Positions 52,224 to 62,884 of a stretch of 64,000 nt of DNA are shown one piece after another (within the stretch, counting starts at the first letter, position 1; every line of letters begins with the position of its first letter). The notes under the pieces were generated by a model. It did not search any database and was not told the origin of the DNA. It saw nothing but the letters and a program-made list of their open reading frames with translations. Made by a program: the position numbers and the translations under genes. Source of the stretch: an uncultured Planctomycetota bacterium (GTDB lineage: Bacteria > Planctomycetota > Planctomycetia > Pirellulales > Lacipirellulaceae); contig CAVQLN010000016.1 of the NCBI GenBank assembly GCA_963713365.1, forward strand, positions 2,636-66,635, read 5' to 3'.

Positions 52224-53650
52224 AATCCCAACCCACAAACCACGCCGTCGCCGCCGCCGCGTTCATCGCCGATCGCGACCGTGCGCACTGGCACGACGCT
52301 GCGTTGTGGGCGGCACGCGGCCGGCGCGATCGGGCAGCGCATTCGCTGCCCGAGTGGGAAACACTGCGCGATGTGGCTTCGCGCATCAAACTGCACACCA
52401 TGTCGCGGCTGGACGAGTACCTCGAGCAGTTCGAGGCGAACGCGACGCGTTTCGGCGCGAAGGTCCACTGGGCCCGCGATGCCGCCGAACACAACCGCAT
52501 CGTCGGCGACATTCTGCAGCAACACGGCGTGAAGCGTGTCGTTAAGAGCAAGTCGATGCTCACCGAGGAGTGCGGCCTGAATCCGCATCTCGAAGCGCAC
52601 GGCATCGAAGTGACCGACACCGATCTAGGCGAATGGATCGTGCAGCTCCGCCACGAACACCCCAGCCACATCGTTACGCCGGCGATCCACATTAAAAAGG
52701 AAGAAGTCGGCCAGCTGTTTCACGAGCGCTTGGGCACGCTGGCCGGCGCGACCGACCCGCCCTACCTGGCCGAAGCGGCCCGGCAGCACCTGCGTTCGGT
52801 TTTCCTGGCCGCCGACGCTGGCATCACCGGCGTGAATTTCGCCGTCGCCGAAACCGGCGGGTTCGTCGTTTGCACGAACGAAGGCAACGCCGACCTCGGC
52901 GTCTCGCTGCCCAAGCTGCACATCGCCTGCATGGGGATCGAGAAGCTGATCCCTCGTGCGGCCGACTTGGGCGTTTTCCTGCGGCTCTTGGCCCGTTCCG
53001 CGACCGGCCAGCCGATCACTACGTACACGTCGCACTTCCACGGCCCGATGCGCGGCGGCGAGCTGCACATCGTCATTTTGGACAACGGCCGCTCGGAACT
53101 GCTGGGCAGCACCGACTTCCGCCGCTCGCTCAACTGCATCCGCTGCGGCGCGTGCTTCAACACCTGCCCCGTATATCGCCGCAGCGGCGGCCACAGCTAC
53201 GGCGTCACGGTGGCCGGCCCGATCGGTTCGATCATCAACGCGGCCGCCAACCCGCGCGAGCACAAGAGCCTGCCTTCCGCGTGCAGCCTGTGTGGCTCGT
53301 GCAGCGACGTCTGCCCCGTGAAGATCGATCTTCACCAGCAGCTGTTCATTTCGCGGCGGCAACTGGCACTGGCCGGGTTGGTGCCGCGAAGCAAGCGCTG
53401 GGGCTTGAAGCTCACGGCCGCGGTGCTCAATCGGCCGTGGCTCTATCGAATCGTGGGGGCATTCACGCGAGCAGCGCTGCGCGTGCTGCCGCGGCGGTTG
53501 ATCTACAACCGTTGGAACATCTGGGGACGGCGACGCGAGCTGCCGGTGGCGCCGCGCGAATCGTTTCGCGAGCTAAACCGCAAGTCGCAGACCCGCCGTG
53601 GAGGGTCGCAGACCCGCCGTGGCGGGCGGACGGCGAGCAAGTTTCAATGA
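52220..53650 (+). CDS. lutB: Lactate utilization protein B (4Fe-4S ferredoxin-type)
   Basis: Intact 476-aa ORF with CIRCGACFNTCPVY and CSLCGSCSDVCPV cluster motifs and LutB-like flanks. Confidence 0.9.
   Translation: MKSQPTNHAVAAAAFIADRDRAHWHDAALWAARGRRDRAAHSLPEWETLRDVASRIKLHTMSRLDEYLEQFEANATRFGAKVHWARDAAEHNRIVGDILQQHGVKRVVKSKSMLTEECGLNPHLEAHGIEVTDTDLGEWIVQLRHEHPSHIVTPAIHIKKEEVGQLFHERLGTLAGATDPPYLAEAARQHLRSVFLAADAGITGVNFAVAETGGFVVCTNEGNADLGVSLPKLHIACMGIEKLIPRAADLGVFLRLLARSATGQPITTYTSHFHGPMRGGELHIVILDNGRSELLGSTDFRRSLNCIRCGACFNTCPVYRRSGGHSYGVTVAGPIGSIINAAANPREHKSLPSACSLCGSCSDVCPVKIDLHQQLFISRRQLALAGLVPRSKRWGLKLTAAVLNRPWLYRIVGAFTRAALRVLPRRLIYNRWNIWGRRRELPVAPRESFRELNRKSQTRRGGSQTRRGGRTASKFQ
53584..53625. 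repeat. Tandem 21-bp duplication inside the lutB 3' end
   Basis: GTCGCAGACCCGCCGTGGAGG followed by GTCGCAGACCCGCCGTGGCGG (encoding SQTRRGG twice). The second unit contains the palindrome CCCGCC-GT-GGCGGG. Confidence 0.65.
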
Positions 53651-54273
53651 TGAGCACCAGCAGAGAAATCATTTTAGATGCGGTCCGCCGGAATCGCCCC
53701 GCCGCCTGCGATGCGCCCGATTTGCGCGAAGCGTGGACGACGTATCCAAATTCCCGTACGCAGTTCGTGAATGTACTGGCGGCAGTGGGAGGGACCGCGA
53801 TCGGCATTGCCGATGAATCGGAACTCAACGAGAAGCTGCGGCTGCTGCCGATCTATCGCGACGCCAAGAGAATTGTGTCGTTGGTGGCTGGCGTCGGTGA
53901 GTCGGTCGTTGACCTGTCATCTGTTGACTCACCGCACGAGCTGGCCGACGTCGATGTGGCGATCTTACCCGGCGAATTCGCCGTGGCCGAAAATGCGGCC
54001 GTCTGGGTCACCGATCGCAATGTGCCACTACGGGTGATCTATTTTCTGTGCCAGCATCTCGTGCTCGTCGTGCCGGCCGGCGAAATTGTCGACCACATGC
54101 ATGCGGCTTACGACAGGCTGGGCGTTGCTGGCCTTGGCGGCGAATCCGCTTTCGCTCAGCCAATGTTCGGCGCGTTTATCTCCGGCCCTTCCAAGACTGC
54201 CGATATTGAGCAGTCGCTGGTCATCGGTGCGCATGGGCCGCGTTCGTTGACGGTATTCCTGGTCGGGACGTGA
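53647..54273 (+). CDS. lutC: Lactate utilization protein C (LUD domain)
   Basis: ATG 53647 overlaps the lutB stop (ATGA). MMSTSREIILDAVRRN.. then AENAAVWV and FISGPSKTADIEQSLVIGAHGPRSL. Confidence 0.85.
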   Translation: MMSTSREIILDAVRRNRPAACDAPDLREAWTTYPNSRTQFVNVLAAVGGTAIGIADESELNEKLRLLPIYRDAKRIVSLVAGVGESVVDLSSVDSPHELADVDVAILPGEFAVAENAAVWVTDRNVPLRVIYFLCQHLVLVVPAGEIVDHMHAAYDRLGVAGLGGESAFAQPMFGAFISGPSKTADIEQSLVIGAHGPRSLTVFLVGT

Positions 54274-54286
54274 TAGCACTCATGTA

Positions 54287-54307
54287 GCTGAATTCTGAGA
54301 ATTCAGC
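54287..54307 (+). terminator. Hairpin GCTGAATTC-TGA-GAATTCAGC 14 nt after the lutC stop
   Basis: Perfect 9-bp stem read directly. No T-run follows, so a terminator role is tentative. Confidence 0.4.
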
Positions 54308-54464
54308 ATGCATGTCTGAAGGCTTACGACTTCAGCTACACGTCAACTGGCCGCTGAATCGGCCAGTCCGTACTTGTCTTGATCTGCGGCGCTGCTCCCG
54401 CTACTCTCCCCGCCACTCATCGCCTTTTTGGCAACCCCTCTTCTCTCGAATCGGCGTTTCTACG

Positions 54465-55764
54465 ATGTCACGTGTGACCACAGTTCGCGCGCCCCAGCGG
54501 CTCGCGCTGGCCCTGCTCACAGCCGCGCTCGGCGCGGGCATGCACGGCGCGGCGTGTGCCCAGAATCAATTCCTTCCACCGCCGCCCGCCGCCTCGGCCG
54601 GCCAACCGATGTGGGTCGGGCAAACGCCCATGTTCCAAGTCGGCCCCGAAGGCGCGGTCAACGTCGACCAGCCAATGATGATGCCGCCCGGCCAGCAGCC
54701 AATGTACTGGGCGAACCCTCAGGGTTACGCCGGCCAGCCATACGCCGGCCAGCCATGCCCCGGCGGGTGCGCGCCATCGACTTATGCAACGCCGACGCAG
54801 TGGGTCGTGCCTCAGCAGTGCGCACCCCCGCCGATTGCCGTACAGCCCCCTCCGCCTGCGCCGATCCAATGGACCCTTTACGGCGAAGCCCTGTGGATTC
54901 ACCCCACCGGCGTCGACATGGCGCATGCGCAGCAGCAAGATGACGGCGGCGTCTTCGGGCCCGTGCCTTTCGGCGAGATTGCCGTGGCCGATCCTTCGTA
55001 CGATCTCGGTTTCCGGATCGGTGGCGAACTGGAGTTCACTCCCTGTTCGGCGATCTTCGTGCAGTACGCGTTTTTTGAAACGGAAGCCGACTCAAGCGTA
55101 GCCGCACCAATTACCGCGGGCGGCAGCGGCGCCGTCGGTTCACTGGTGCATCACCCGAACACCGGGATCGGAACGTCGATCTTGCCGGTCTCAGCGACCT
55201 ACGAGATCGAGTTCCAAGTGGGTGACGCGGCCTATCGACAGATACTAGTCCGCAACCAGTTGCAAGAAGTGAGCGTGTTCGCCGGCGGTCGTTTCGGCAA
55301 TCTCGACCAACGCTTTTCACAAGTCGGCGTCTTCGGCCCAGGGGCCGAAGAGATTACCACGTCGACCAACATCGAATTCACCGGCGGCGGTCCCATGGTC
55401 GGCATCGACGGTGAACAGCGAATCGGCGTCACCGGTTTCTCGGCGTATGGTCGGGCACTGGCCGCAGCAATGACCGGCAACTTCAAAAGCGATTATCGAA
55501 TGGTCGATACGCTCGGCGGCCCGCTCGCCGTTGCAATTTGGGAAGACGACCGCATTGTTCCCATGCTCGAATATGAGTTGGGCCTGGCCTGGACCAATCC
55601 GCAGGGGAACTTTCGTTTGAGCGCCGGGTACATGATGAGCCACTGGTTCAACATCGTGAGCACGCCCGTGTTCGTCGACGCTGTGCAGGCCGACAACTAC
55701 GTCAAGCGTCGACGACACAATCAGCTTCGACGGCCTGGTCGGTCGGGCCGAAGTCCGCTGGTAA
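54465..55764 (+). CDS. Beta-barrel outer-membrane porin, Legionella MOMP / Lpg1974-like, one frame change near the 3' end
   Basis: ATG 54465, signal peptide ..ALLTAALGAGMHGAACAQ, a Pro/Gln-rich linker, then alternating-strand barrel segments. The last strand is in another frame (VDDTISFDGLVGRAEVRW-stop, join near 55705). The family call is from memory. Confidence 0.62.
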
Positions 55765-55772
55765 CAGCCGGG

Positions 55773-55972
55773 GTCGGGAGTCTTCAAAACGGTTGCCACC
55801 AGGACCCCCTTCAGGAAGCACGAGAGGCAATCTCATCTGCTAACGCGGTCGACTCCCGATCCCTTCGACGTTGCATCGCGAAAGGGGTCGGGAATCGTGG
55901 CCGTGGCACGACATGTTCGGCGATTCAGTGGATTCGCGTTGCGCATCGTAACGCGATTTGAAGACTCCCGAC
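55773..55972. other. 200-nt structured element bounded by a perfect 16-bp inverted repeat, with an internal degenerate copy of the same pair
   Basis: GTCGGGAGTCTTCAAA (55773-55788) pairs with TTTGAAGACTCCCGAC (55957-55972). Inside are GACTCCCGAT (55851-55860) and GTCGGGAATC (55887-55896), plus the hairpin CGCGTT-N9-AACGCG. Confidence 0.55.
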
Positions 55973-56237
55973 GCCACGGAATCATTCACTTCCTATCTCG
56001 CGCTTTCTTCGTATTCTGCCGAATCTGGTAGCGAGTAATTGCTAATGCGCACCCCAAGCGATAGCATCTTGGTTTGATTGACGGCGTGCGTGCGCGACTT
56101 CGATGGCCAGGCCGCGCCTGGCCAACGGGTCGCATCCGCTTCGCATGCCGGCACCCACGTTTCCGATGTCAAGTCGGACGCTATGGTGCACCTCTCGTTC
56201 GACATCGCTGAGCAACAACTTTGAGGAGGCCGCGCCG

Positions 56238-58254
56238 ATGTATCGCCGCCAGCTGCGCGTCGCTTGCGCCCGCCGTGTCAAATCTCGTCCGCGTCACCAG
56301 TTTCGTCGCACACTGGCCGTAGAGCCGCTTGAAGACCGCCACCTGCTGGCCGGCACGGCAAGCGTGCTGCCCGATGGCGAGACAATTGCCTCGGGAGCGG
56401 CGCCGCCAGACAATGGACCGCAAATCGCCGCCATCGTGATCACCGGCGCAGAAACGTATTCTCTGTTTAACCCAGTGCCGAGCATCGACGGCGCAACACC
56501 ACTCGTGCGCAGCCTGACGATTCGCGTCGAAGACGAGTCAGCGGCCGAACAACCGTTGTCAGGCGACTACAACAACAATGGCGTCGTCGATGCGGCCGAT
56601 TTCGTTGTCTGGCGATTCAACAATGGCGAGTCCGTCACCCTGCCGAACGACCCAACGCCGGGCGTGGTCAACGACGACGACTACGATACGTGGCGAGAGA
56701 ATTTTGGTGCAACGCCCTCGAGCGCCGTGCTGGATCTGGAAAGCGCTCTAGATCCTGATAATTTTTTCCTAGTCGGCGACTTTACGGGCGAGGTGCGCAT
56801 TCGGCAGGTCAATGTGGAACCGCTGCCATTGACCAAAGGCGCACCGCCCGCCGCCAACATCGAGCTCGTCTTCGACCGTCCACTTCCAGACGATCGTTAC
56901 ACTTTATTCATATCGGACGAGATCACCGATGCGGAAGGCAATCCGCTCGATGGCGAGACGGACGAGGACGATCCAACTTTCCCGACAGGCGACGGCGATC
57001 CAGGGGGAAACTTCGAGGCCGAATTCACCGTGGATTCGCGCCCTGAGATCGGCAGTCGCGTCGGGACCGACATCAACGTCGACATCAACGGCAACCGGTT
57101 TTGGGATCCGTTCTCGCTTGGCGATCCGAACAATATCGACCTTGTGTTCAATCTTCCCGTGGTGGATGGCGAGGGCATACCAGCCGCCGGCGGCTTTGGC
57201 ACGCACGACCAATTGTTCGCTGGCAAGTTCGTCAAGCCGGGCGGCGACCCGCCGGATCGGCTCTTCGACCAGCTCGCCGCTTTCGGCTTCGTGCCAGCGC
57301 AGAACGCGTTCCGTTGGCTGATCGATACCGACGGCGACGGCGTTATCGAACTTGGAACCGACATTGTCACGACGCAGCCGGCGCTGCCGGCCGGCTTCAA
57401 TATCAATAGTGCGCAGGCACTCGCCGGCGAGTTCGATTCCACTCGGCCCGGCGATGAGATCGGTCTGTACAACGTCGGAAAGTGGGCGTTCGACACGAAC
57501 GGCGATCGCATCATCACCGATGCCGACCTGTTCATCACGAACGGCCTGGTGGGCTATCCCGTCGTGGGCGACTTCGATGGCGACGCGCGCGATGATCTTG
57601 CCGTTTTCAGCAGCAATACATGGTCTTTCGACCTGGCGAATAATGGCTTCGGCAGCGCCGACCGAACGCTCCTGTGGGGTCTACCCGGCACACAAGATCG
57701 GCCGCTTGCCGCCGACCTGGATCAGGACGGCATCGACGACATCGGGCTGTGGCTGCCGGGCGCGGCCAGCGTGCCTGCCAAATTTCGGTTCCTGGTCTCA
57801 AACGACCCTGACGGCACACGGCGCGTCGTGGGCAACATCAACACGCTCAACCACGCATTCCTACAAGCGCCGAGCGGGAAGGATATCTACATCGAGTTTG
57901 GCGGCGAGGGTTCGCGGCCGATCGTGGGCAATTTCGGCCCCCCAACCGCCGGCGCACAAGGTGATGGAAACACGCTCGGGAACAGCGCGAAGCCGGCGCA
58001 ACCGTAGATCAGCCGGGCGCTCATGTCGTCGCAACAACGTTTGGCTCGCGGGAAGTTGCATCGTCTCGCCGCACGATCCAGCTTAAACCGGCAGTCGCCG
58101 ATGCGGCACTAGCGGATATTCATCTGCTGCTCGCGCTGCCAGTGAAACCGTCGGAGCCTTCACCGCCAAGCTTGGATGAACATCCATATGATTCTCCTAG
58201 TGACGACGAAGTCCTTTCGCAACTAGCCTGGGATTTGCTCGCCGCTGCCTCGTA
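56238..58254 (+). CDS. Secreted FG-GAP/VCBS-repeat protein with an EPLEDRHLLA leader and a dockerin-like segment; probable frame change before the acidic tail
   Basis: ATG 56238 follows GAGGAGG. Motifs: VEPLEDRHLLA, GDYNNNGVVDAADFVVWRFNNG, DTDGDGVIELG, GDFDGDARDDLAVF and DLDQDGIDDIGLW. An open frame at 57962-58254 (..DSPSDDEVLSQLAWDLLAAAS-stop) looks like the family tail. Confidence 0.68.
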
Positions 58255-58278
58255 GTCACGAAATCACGATCGTGTGCG

Positions 58279-60725
58279 CTAGGTCGTCAAGCCCGCCGCG
58301 ACCGATTCAGTCACGGTCACCGTCAACTCGTCGAACGACCTGAACTCGCCGTCATTGGCGCTGAGGCGCAAAACATAGCGACCCGGTTCGCTGAACTGGA
58401 CACGAGTCGTGGGTGAACGGTCATCCTCGAACGTTATAGTCCCGAAGCTGCCGGACGAGCGAACCCAGCGAATCGCTAGTGCGCCGGGCGACGGCCGGCC
58501 GTCGTCCCTGACTACGCCCGCGAGGTCGAGCCATTGGCCGACTCGAACCGTGCGGTCCGGGCCGACATCGACGATTGGCGGCGAATTAACGGGCTCCGAG
58601 TGCGGCTCCAGCGGCGGCGCCAGATGATAATTAATCACTAGCTTGGGACGCAGCAACCTGGACGTCGTTTCACTGGAGCTGACTTGGAACCCATCGGACG
58701 GCACGTAATCCTGGAGGATGATGCCGAAGTTACGCGACGGTTGGTTCACCCACGACTGGACAGCCGATACACCGGCGTCGTTGAGTGCGATGCGATGAAT
58801 TCCCTTCGCAGTCGGCGCTATTTGCCCGAGCACGGCTGTGCCCCGGTCGCCGGTGCCCTGTCCACCGGCGCCGGTCCACGCCTGTCCTGAAGCAAACTGA
58901 TTCCAAGTCGCTGCAAGCTCTTCCCACGCGCGCTGAAGCGCGTACACTTCGAAGTTGGCGCTCGTAGTCGTCAGCGCGTTCAATTCAATTGCTGCCGACA
59001 CCACGATGCTGCTGCTTGGTATTGCGGAAACGTCCCAGCGAAAGAGGGCCGATATGTCCGGCTGGCCGTCGATTTCAAATGACACCGCGTTCCCGTAGTT
59101 CGTGTTTTTCGAACCACTGTTGAGCTTCGTGTCGGTCGTGCCGGCATATGTCACGAAGGGAAACACGCCGTCCTGGAAAGCCATCTGTTGCGGCCCGTTG
59201 GTCGGCGGCGGCGGCGGCGTTTGAGGTCCCGGCGGCGGTGGCGCCGTCACGGTTATCGTTACATCGTCGAACCGCGACAACTGGCCGTCGCTCGCTGTCA
59301 GTCGCAGCACATAGGCGCCTGCCGCGCTGAAGCTGGCCGTCGTGTCGATTGCCAGTCCATTGGCGAAGGTCACCGTGCCCGGACCAGATATTTTCGCCCA
59401 GGAGGTGCTGAGCGTGCCTGGCGCGGGCCGGCCGTCGTCGTTCACTGTGCCATCAAGAACGGCCGGCGAATTAAACGCGATTGTGGCGTCGGCGCCCGAA
59501 TTCACAACCGGCGGTTGATTCACCGGCGCTGGCGTGTCGAAAGTAAACAAGACGCCCTTCGCGCTTCCACTCGAAGCCAGAAAGACTACGTTGTCCGTAA
59601 AGTTCTGCTTCGTGCTGGTGACATCGTTGACGCTTCCGCCGATGAGTACCTGGCGGGCACCGAAGGCGATGTTGTCCAGCGGGCTCACGCGATAAACGAT
59701 GTCGCCGCCCCCTTCGTTCGTCGTGTAGGCCACGATCAGCCGGTTCGCGGTCTCGCTGAGTACGACGATCGGCCGCGTGCCGCTCGTGTCGACGTTGTAT
59801 AAATTGTCCCAAGCGCCGTTGGGCCGCCGCACCAAGAGCGCGATCTTTGGATAGCCCGACTTGTCGTAACTTGTTTTTACCGCTGCATACAGCGTGCCGT
59901 CGGCGGCCACAGCGACGTTCAGATGATCGTCGGCCATGCCGCCGCCGACGCTGAGCGCCGACTGGGCGGCCGGCACTTCGGCGCGAGCCACGATGTCGGC
60001 GCCGCGCCGTCGACATGAATACGAAAGCCGAACCGGTCCGCCGATTGGTTCGACCACAGCACGCCGATCCTGTTGTTCGGCATGGCGACGATCGCGCTGA
60101 TGTCGTCCGAATTGATGCCGGACGCCACAATGAACGGCGCGCTCCAGCTCGTGTACAGACCGTCGCTGTAGCGCACCTCAACCGTGCTCGACACGTCGTA
60201 AGCGACCCACATCCGGCCGGTCGAATCAACGTCGAGCGTCGCCGTCTCGACGCTGCCCGCCAGCGGCACGTTCACCAGCTGGGGCCGCAGCACCCACGGC
60301 TCGAAGCGATTATCGGGTCCGCCGTCGTATTGCAGGGTGGCGAGCTGGGCGCTCGAGCCGCCGAACAGAAGGACGTGCGCCAAATCGCCCGCAGGCTTCA
60401 CGTCGGCATGCACGCTGTTGTCGGACGTGATTTGATAGGTCGGCGTCCAATTGGTGCCGTCGAGGCGGAACACCCACGTGCCCGATGAGTTGGGCATCAC
60501 CGACCACCACTGGCCGGCGTGTTCCCAAACTTTCGATTGCGGCTTCTCGCCGGTGTTCTCGGAGACCGACAAGTTCGCAGCGGCATGATGGCCAGCAGCT
60601 GACGCGACTCGAGCGCTTCGTAAGCCAGCCGGCGGTCGCCCGACCGGCGGCGGTTTCTGTTTTTTACGCTGAGGAAGTGGGAAGCGCAACGACTCGCGGA
60701 GGAAACTCAACAGATGCGTCGACAT
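58279..60725 (-). CDS. Large secreted protein: BNR/sialidase-like propeller, two PKD/Ig-like modules and a DNRLRE-like domain, one frame change
   Basis: ORF 59919-60740 joins ORF 58279-60057 near 60000. There are two near-repeats, PPVVNSGADATI..DGTVNDDGRP and PPIVDVGPDRTV..GVVRDDGRP. YALQRAWEELAATWNQ is DNRLRE-like. Confidence 0.65.
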
Positions 60726-61044
60726 GGATGCCTTTGCCAAGGAAGCAAGCGCGAAGCTGGCTCAGGTGGAGCCGGCTCGACTTCGAGGTGGGAAGAGAGG
60801 CTGGGAAAAGAAACAAGCTGGGTAGAGCTTCCATCATAATTGGGCTGTGCCGTTGTCAATTCCGCGGGCCGATCGTGCCGATTTTTCCAGCGGCAACGGC
60901 GCGCGGGGCCTTACATCGCGCAGAAGTGCGCGTCCGATGCGTACAAGAGAAGCGCTTAGCGGCGGCGGCGGGCACCGATGCGAAGCATTGGTCCGCTGCG
61001 AAGAGAGGTTGCGCCGTTGAGCCGGCAACCGAAGAACGCCCGCA

Positions 61045-61110
61045 AAAAGAATCCGAACCAAGATGGTCCGGCTATGTATGAATTCCGGACCAAGATGGTC
61101 CGGCTATGCA
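61045..61110 (-). terminator. Two tandem copies of the CCGGACC-AAGAT-GGTCCGG hairpin motif followed (minus strand) by ATTCTTTTTG; likely intrinsic terminator
   Basis: Copies are at 61053-61078 and 61085-61110, starting 29 nt after the GT2 gene stop. The T-run lies on the minus strand at 61045-61050. Confidence 0.55.
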
Positions 61111-61138
61111 AAAACCAGGCAAGAACAGCGCAGCGGCT

Positions 61139-61993
61139 TTAAGCCGCTTTGCCCAGCGGCAACTCAGATATTAGCGGCGTCATTCGCCGCACGTCGGGCA
61201 GCGTTTCATCGTCGATGTTGTCAGCGGGAATCGTATTGCGAACGTCATGAAACTGCCCCGACATCTGCCACAGCTTCAGTTCCTCAAGCCAGCGGAAGAC
61301 AGCTTCGATTACCGCGACGTGAAGCCCGACCCAGCCGCTGCGGATCCCTTCAGCGCCTGACGCTTCGTTTGAGGAAGTGCGCGACGGCCGTAGTGAGCGC
61401 GGGGATCCAGCGCAGGCGCCCGCCGTCGTGCCAGCGCTGCTCGGCCATTTGCGTCGTTTGTAGATCGAGAAACGCCACGAACTCGCTAACGCTGGCGACA
61501 ACCGTCTGCTGAATCGTCCCTTCCAGTTGGCCGGTCTGATCGGGATCGGCCGCAATCGTGAGCTCGCCGTTCGCCACCGAAAACGACGACTGCTGAGGCC
61601 GAAACAAGCGAATCGGCAAATTTCCTGCGCCGCCGCCGACGGACAGGCTGCGACCAAAATACTGCCGCTCAATCGAAATACGATAGGCATGATGCCGCGC
61701 GCACCCTGTAATCGCTTCTTGAAGCCGCTTGGCAAGTATCGGCGTGACGCACTCATTCTGATGGAGCACCAGAAGCCAATCGCAGTTAGCCGGATTGCCC
61801 TCGCATAGCGTTAGCCGCCGCACGCGTTCGAATTGGCCGCCGGCGCCGCGGCACACGCCGATAACAATCTCGTCCGCGATGTCCCGCACCGATTCCATTG
61901 CTTGCTGTGCGCTCGCGGAATCGCATTCGTCGTCATCGCACAAGATCAACACGGAAAGCGTCGCGTCGGTTTCCGCGGCACTTGATGCCACAC
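61139..61993 (-). CDS. Family-2-type glycosyltransferase (LPS core-like), one frame change; start tentative
   Basis: ATLSVLILCDDDE is a GT2-like N-terminus. ORF 61350-62144 joins the tail of ORF 61139-61756 near 61365. A GTG at 61993 lies 2 nt after the kinase stop. Confidence 0.6.
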
Positions 61994-61995
61994 TT

Positions 61996-62743
61996 TCATC
62001 GAGCGGCAATCCCAACCGCCGGCCGGCATCCGTGCGCAAAGGCGCGCCGGAAGATTTCACGCGACTCCGGCTGTTGATGCCAGCCGCGAATGTGCAGGAA
62101 AGTCTCCACGTCGGCAACCGGGCGCTGGCCGCGAAGTCGCGCAATGCCGTCGATTCGGACTCGCTCCAGATCGAGGACCCAAACCCGCAAGTCCGGATCG
62201 ACGATGAAGTTCTCCGGCTTCAGATCGCCGTGGGTCGCACCTATTTCTACGAAGCGCTGCCAGATATTGGCAACTTGCCTGGCAAGATCCTCGAGCACGT
62301 CGGCTCTGGCGTCGCCCGAACGGACAAACCGATAGAGCGGCGTCCCCTCAATGAAATCGGTAAACAAGTACGAGCGGTATTTCAACGGGCCGAGTCGCTG
62401 CTCGACCCATGCCCGCGGACGCGGCGTCGGAATGCCACACTCCGACAAGTAATGGCCCAACCATGCGCAGCGACGTGCCGACGACTCTCGCCACGACATG
62501 CGCAGCGTGCCGCACGAGGCCTCCCCAGACGTTCCGCTTCACGACGAGCGAGCGCGCCTCGTCGTCGTACCGGGCGACGATGCAGCGATCCTTGACTTGC
62601 AGCGGCACGGACGCGAACAACAAGCGGTCCACGTCGCCGCGCCGCAATGTGCTCTGCAGCTCCGCAGACAAGTCCGCGTCGAAACACACAGTGCGCGTCA
62701 GTGATCTTCGGTTCGTCGATTCAGGCCAGCGGCTCATTTGCAT
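61996..62743 (-). CDS. Lipopolysaccharide kinase (Kdo/WaaP/InaA) family protein, one frame change
   Basis: ORF 62348-62743 joins ORF 61996-62499 near 62495. Motifs: YLFTDFIEGTPLYRFV and GATHGDLKPENFIVD..VWVLDLERV. Confidence 0.72.
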
Positions 62744-62749
62744 CCAATG

Positions 62750-62789
62750 AAAAAAGCCGCCCTGGCGCTTCCGTGCACCGTCGGCGGCT
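62750..62789 (-). terminator. Rho-independent-type terminator on the minus strand (AGCCGCC...GGCGGCT plus T6)
   Basis: The minus strand reads AGCCGCCGACGGTGCACGGAAGCGCCAGGGCGGCTTTTTT. It lies downstream of the Cys-rich gene and ends 6 nt before the kinase ATG. Confidence 0.5.
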
Positions 62790-62884
62790 GTTTCAAGGCG
62801 TGAATCCTTTCACGCAAGTGTCTTATAGGACCAGCGCTTAGCGAGCCGGGCCGTCCTCGGCCCCGGCCCCCCGGTCACGCCCGC

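Noticed and set aside
52870-54273. 467-aa plus-strand ORF spanning lutB and lutC
   Set aside because: Only its last ~208 aa (from ATG 53647) are LutC-like. The upstream part is an alternative frame of lutB with Arg/Pro-rich composition.
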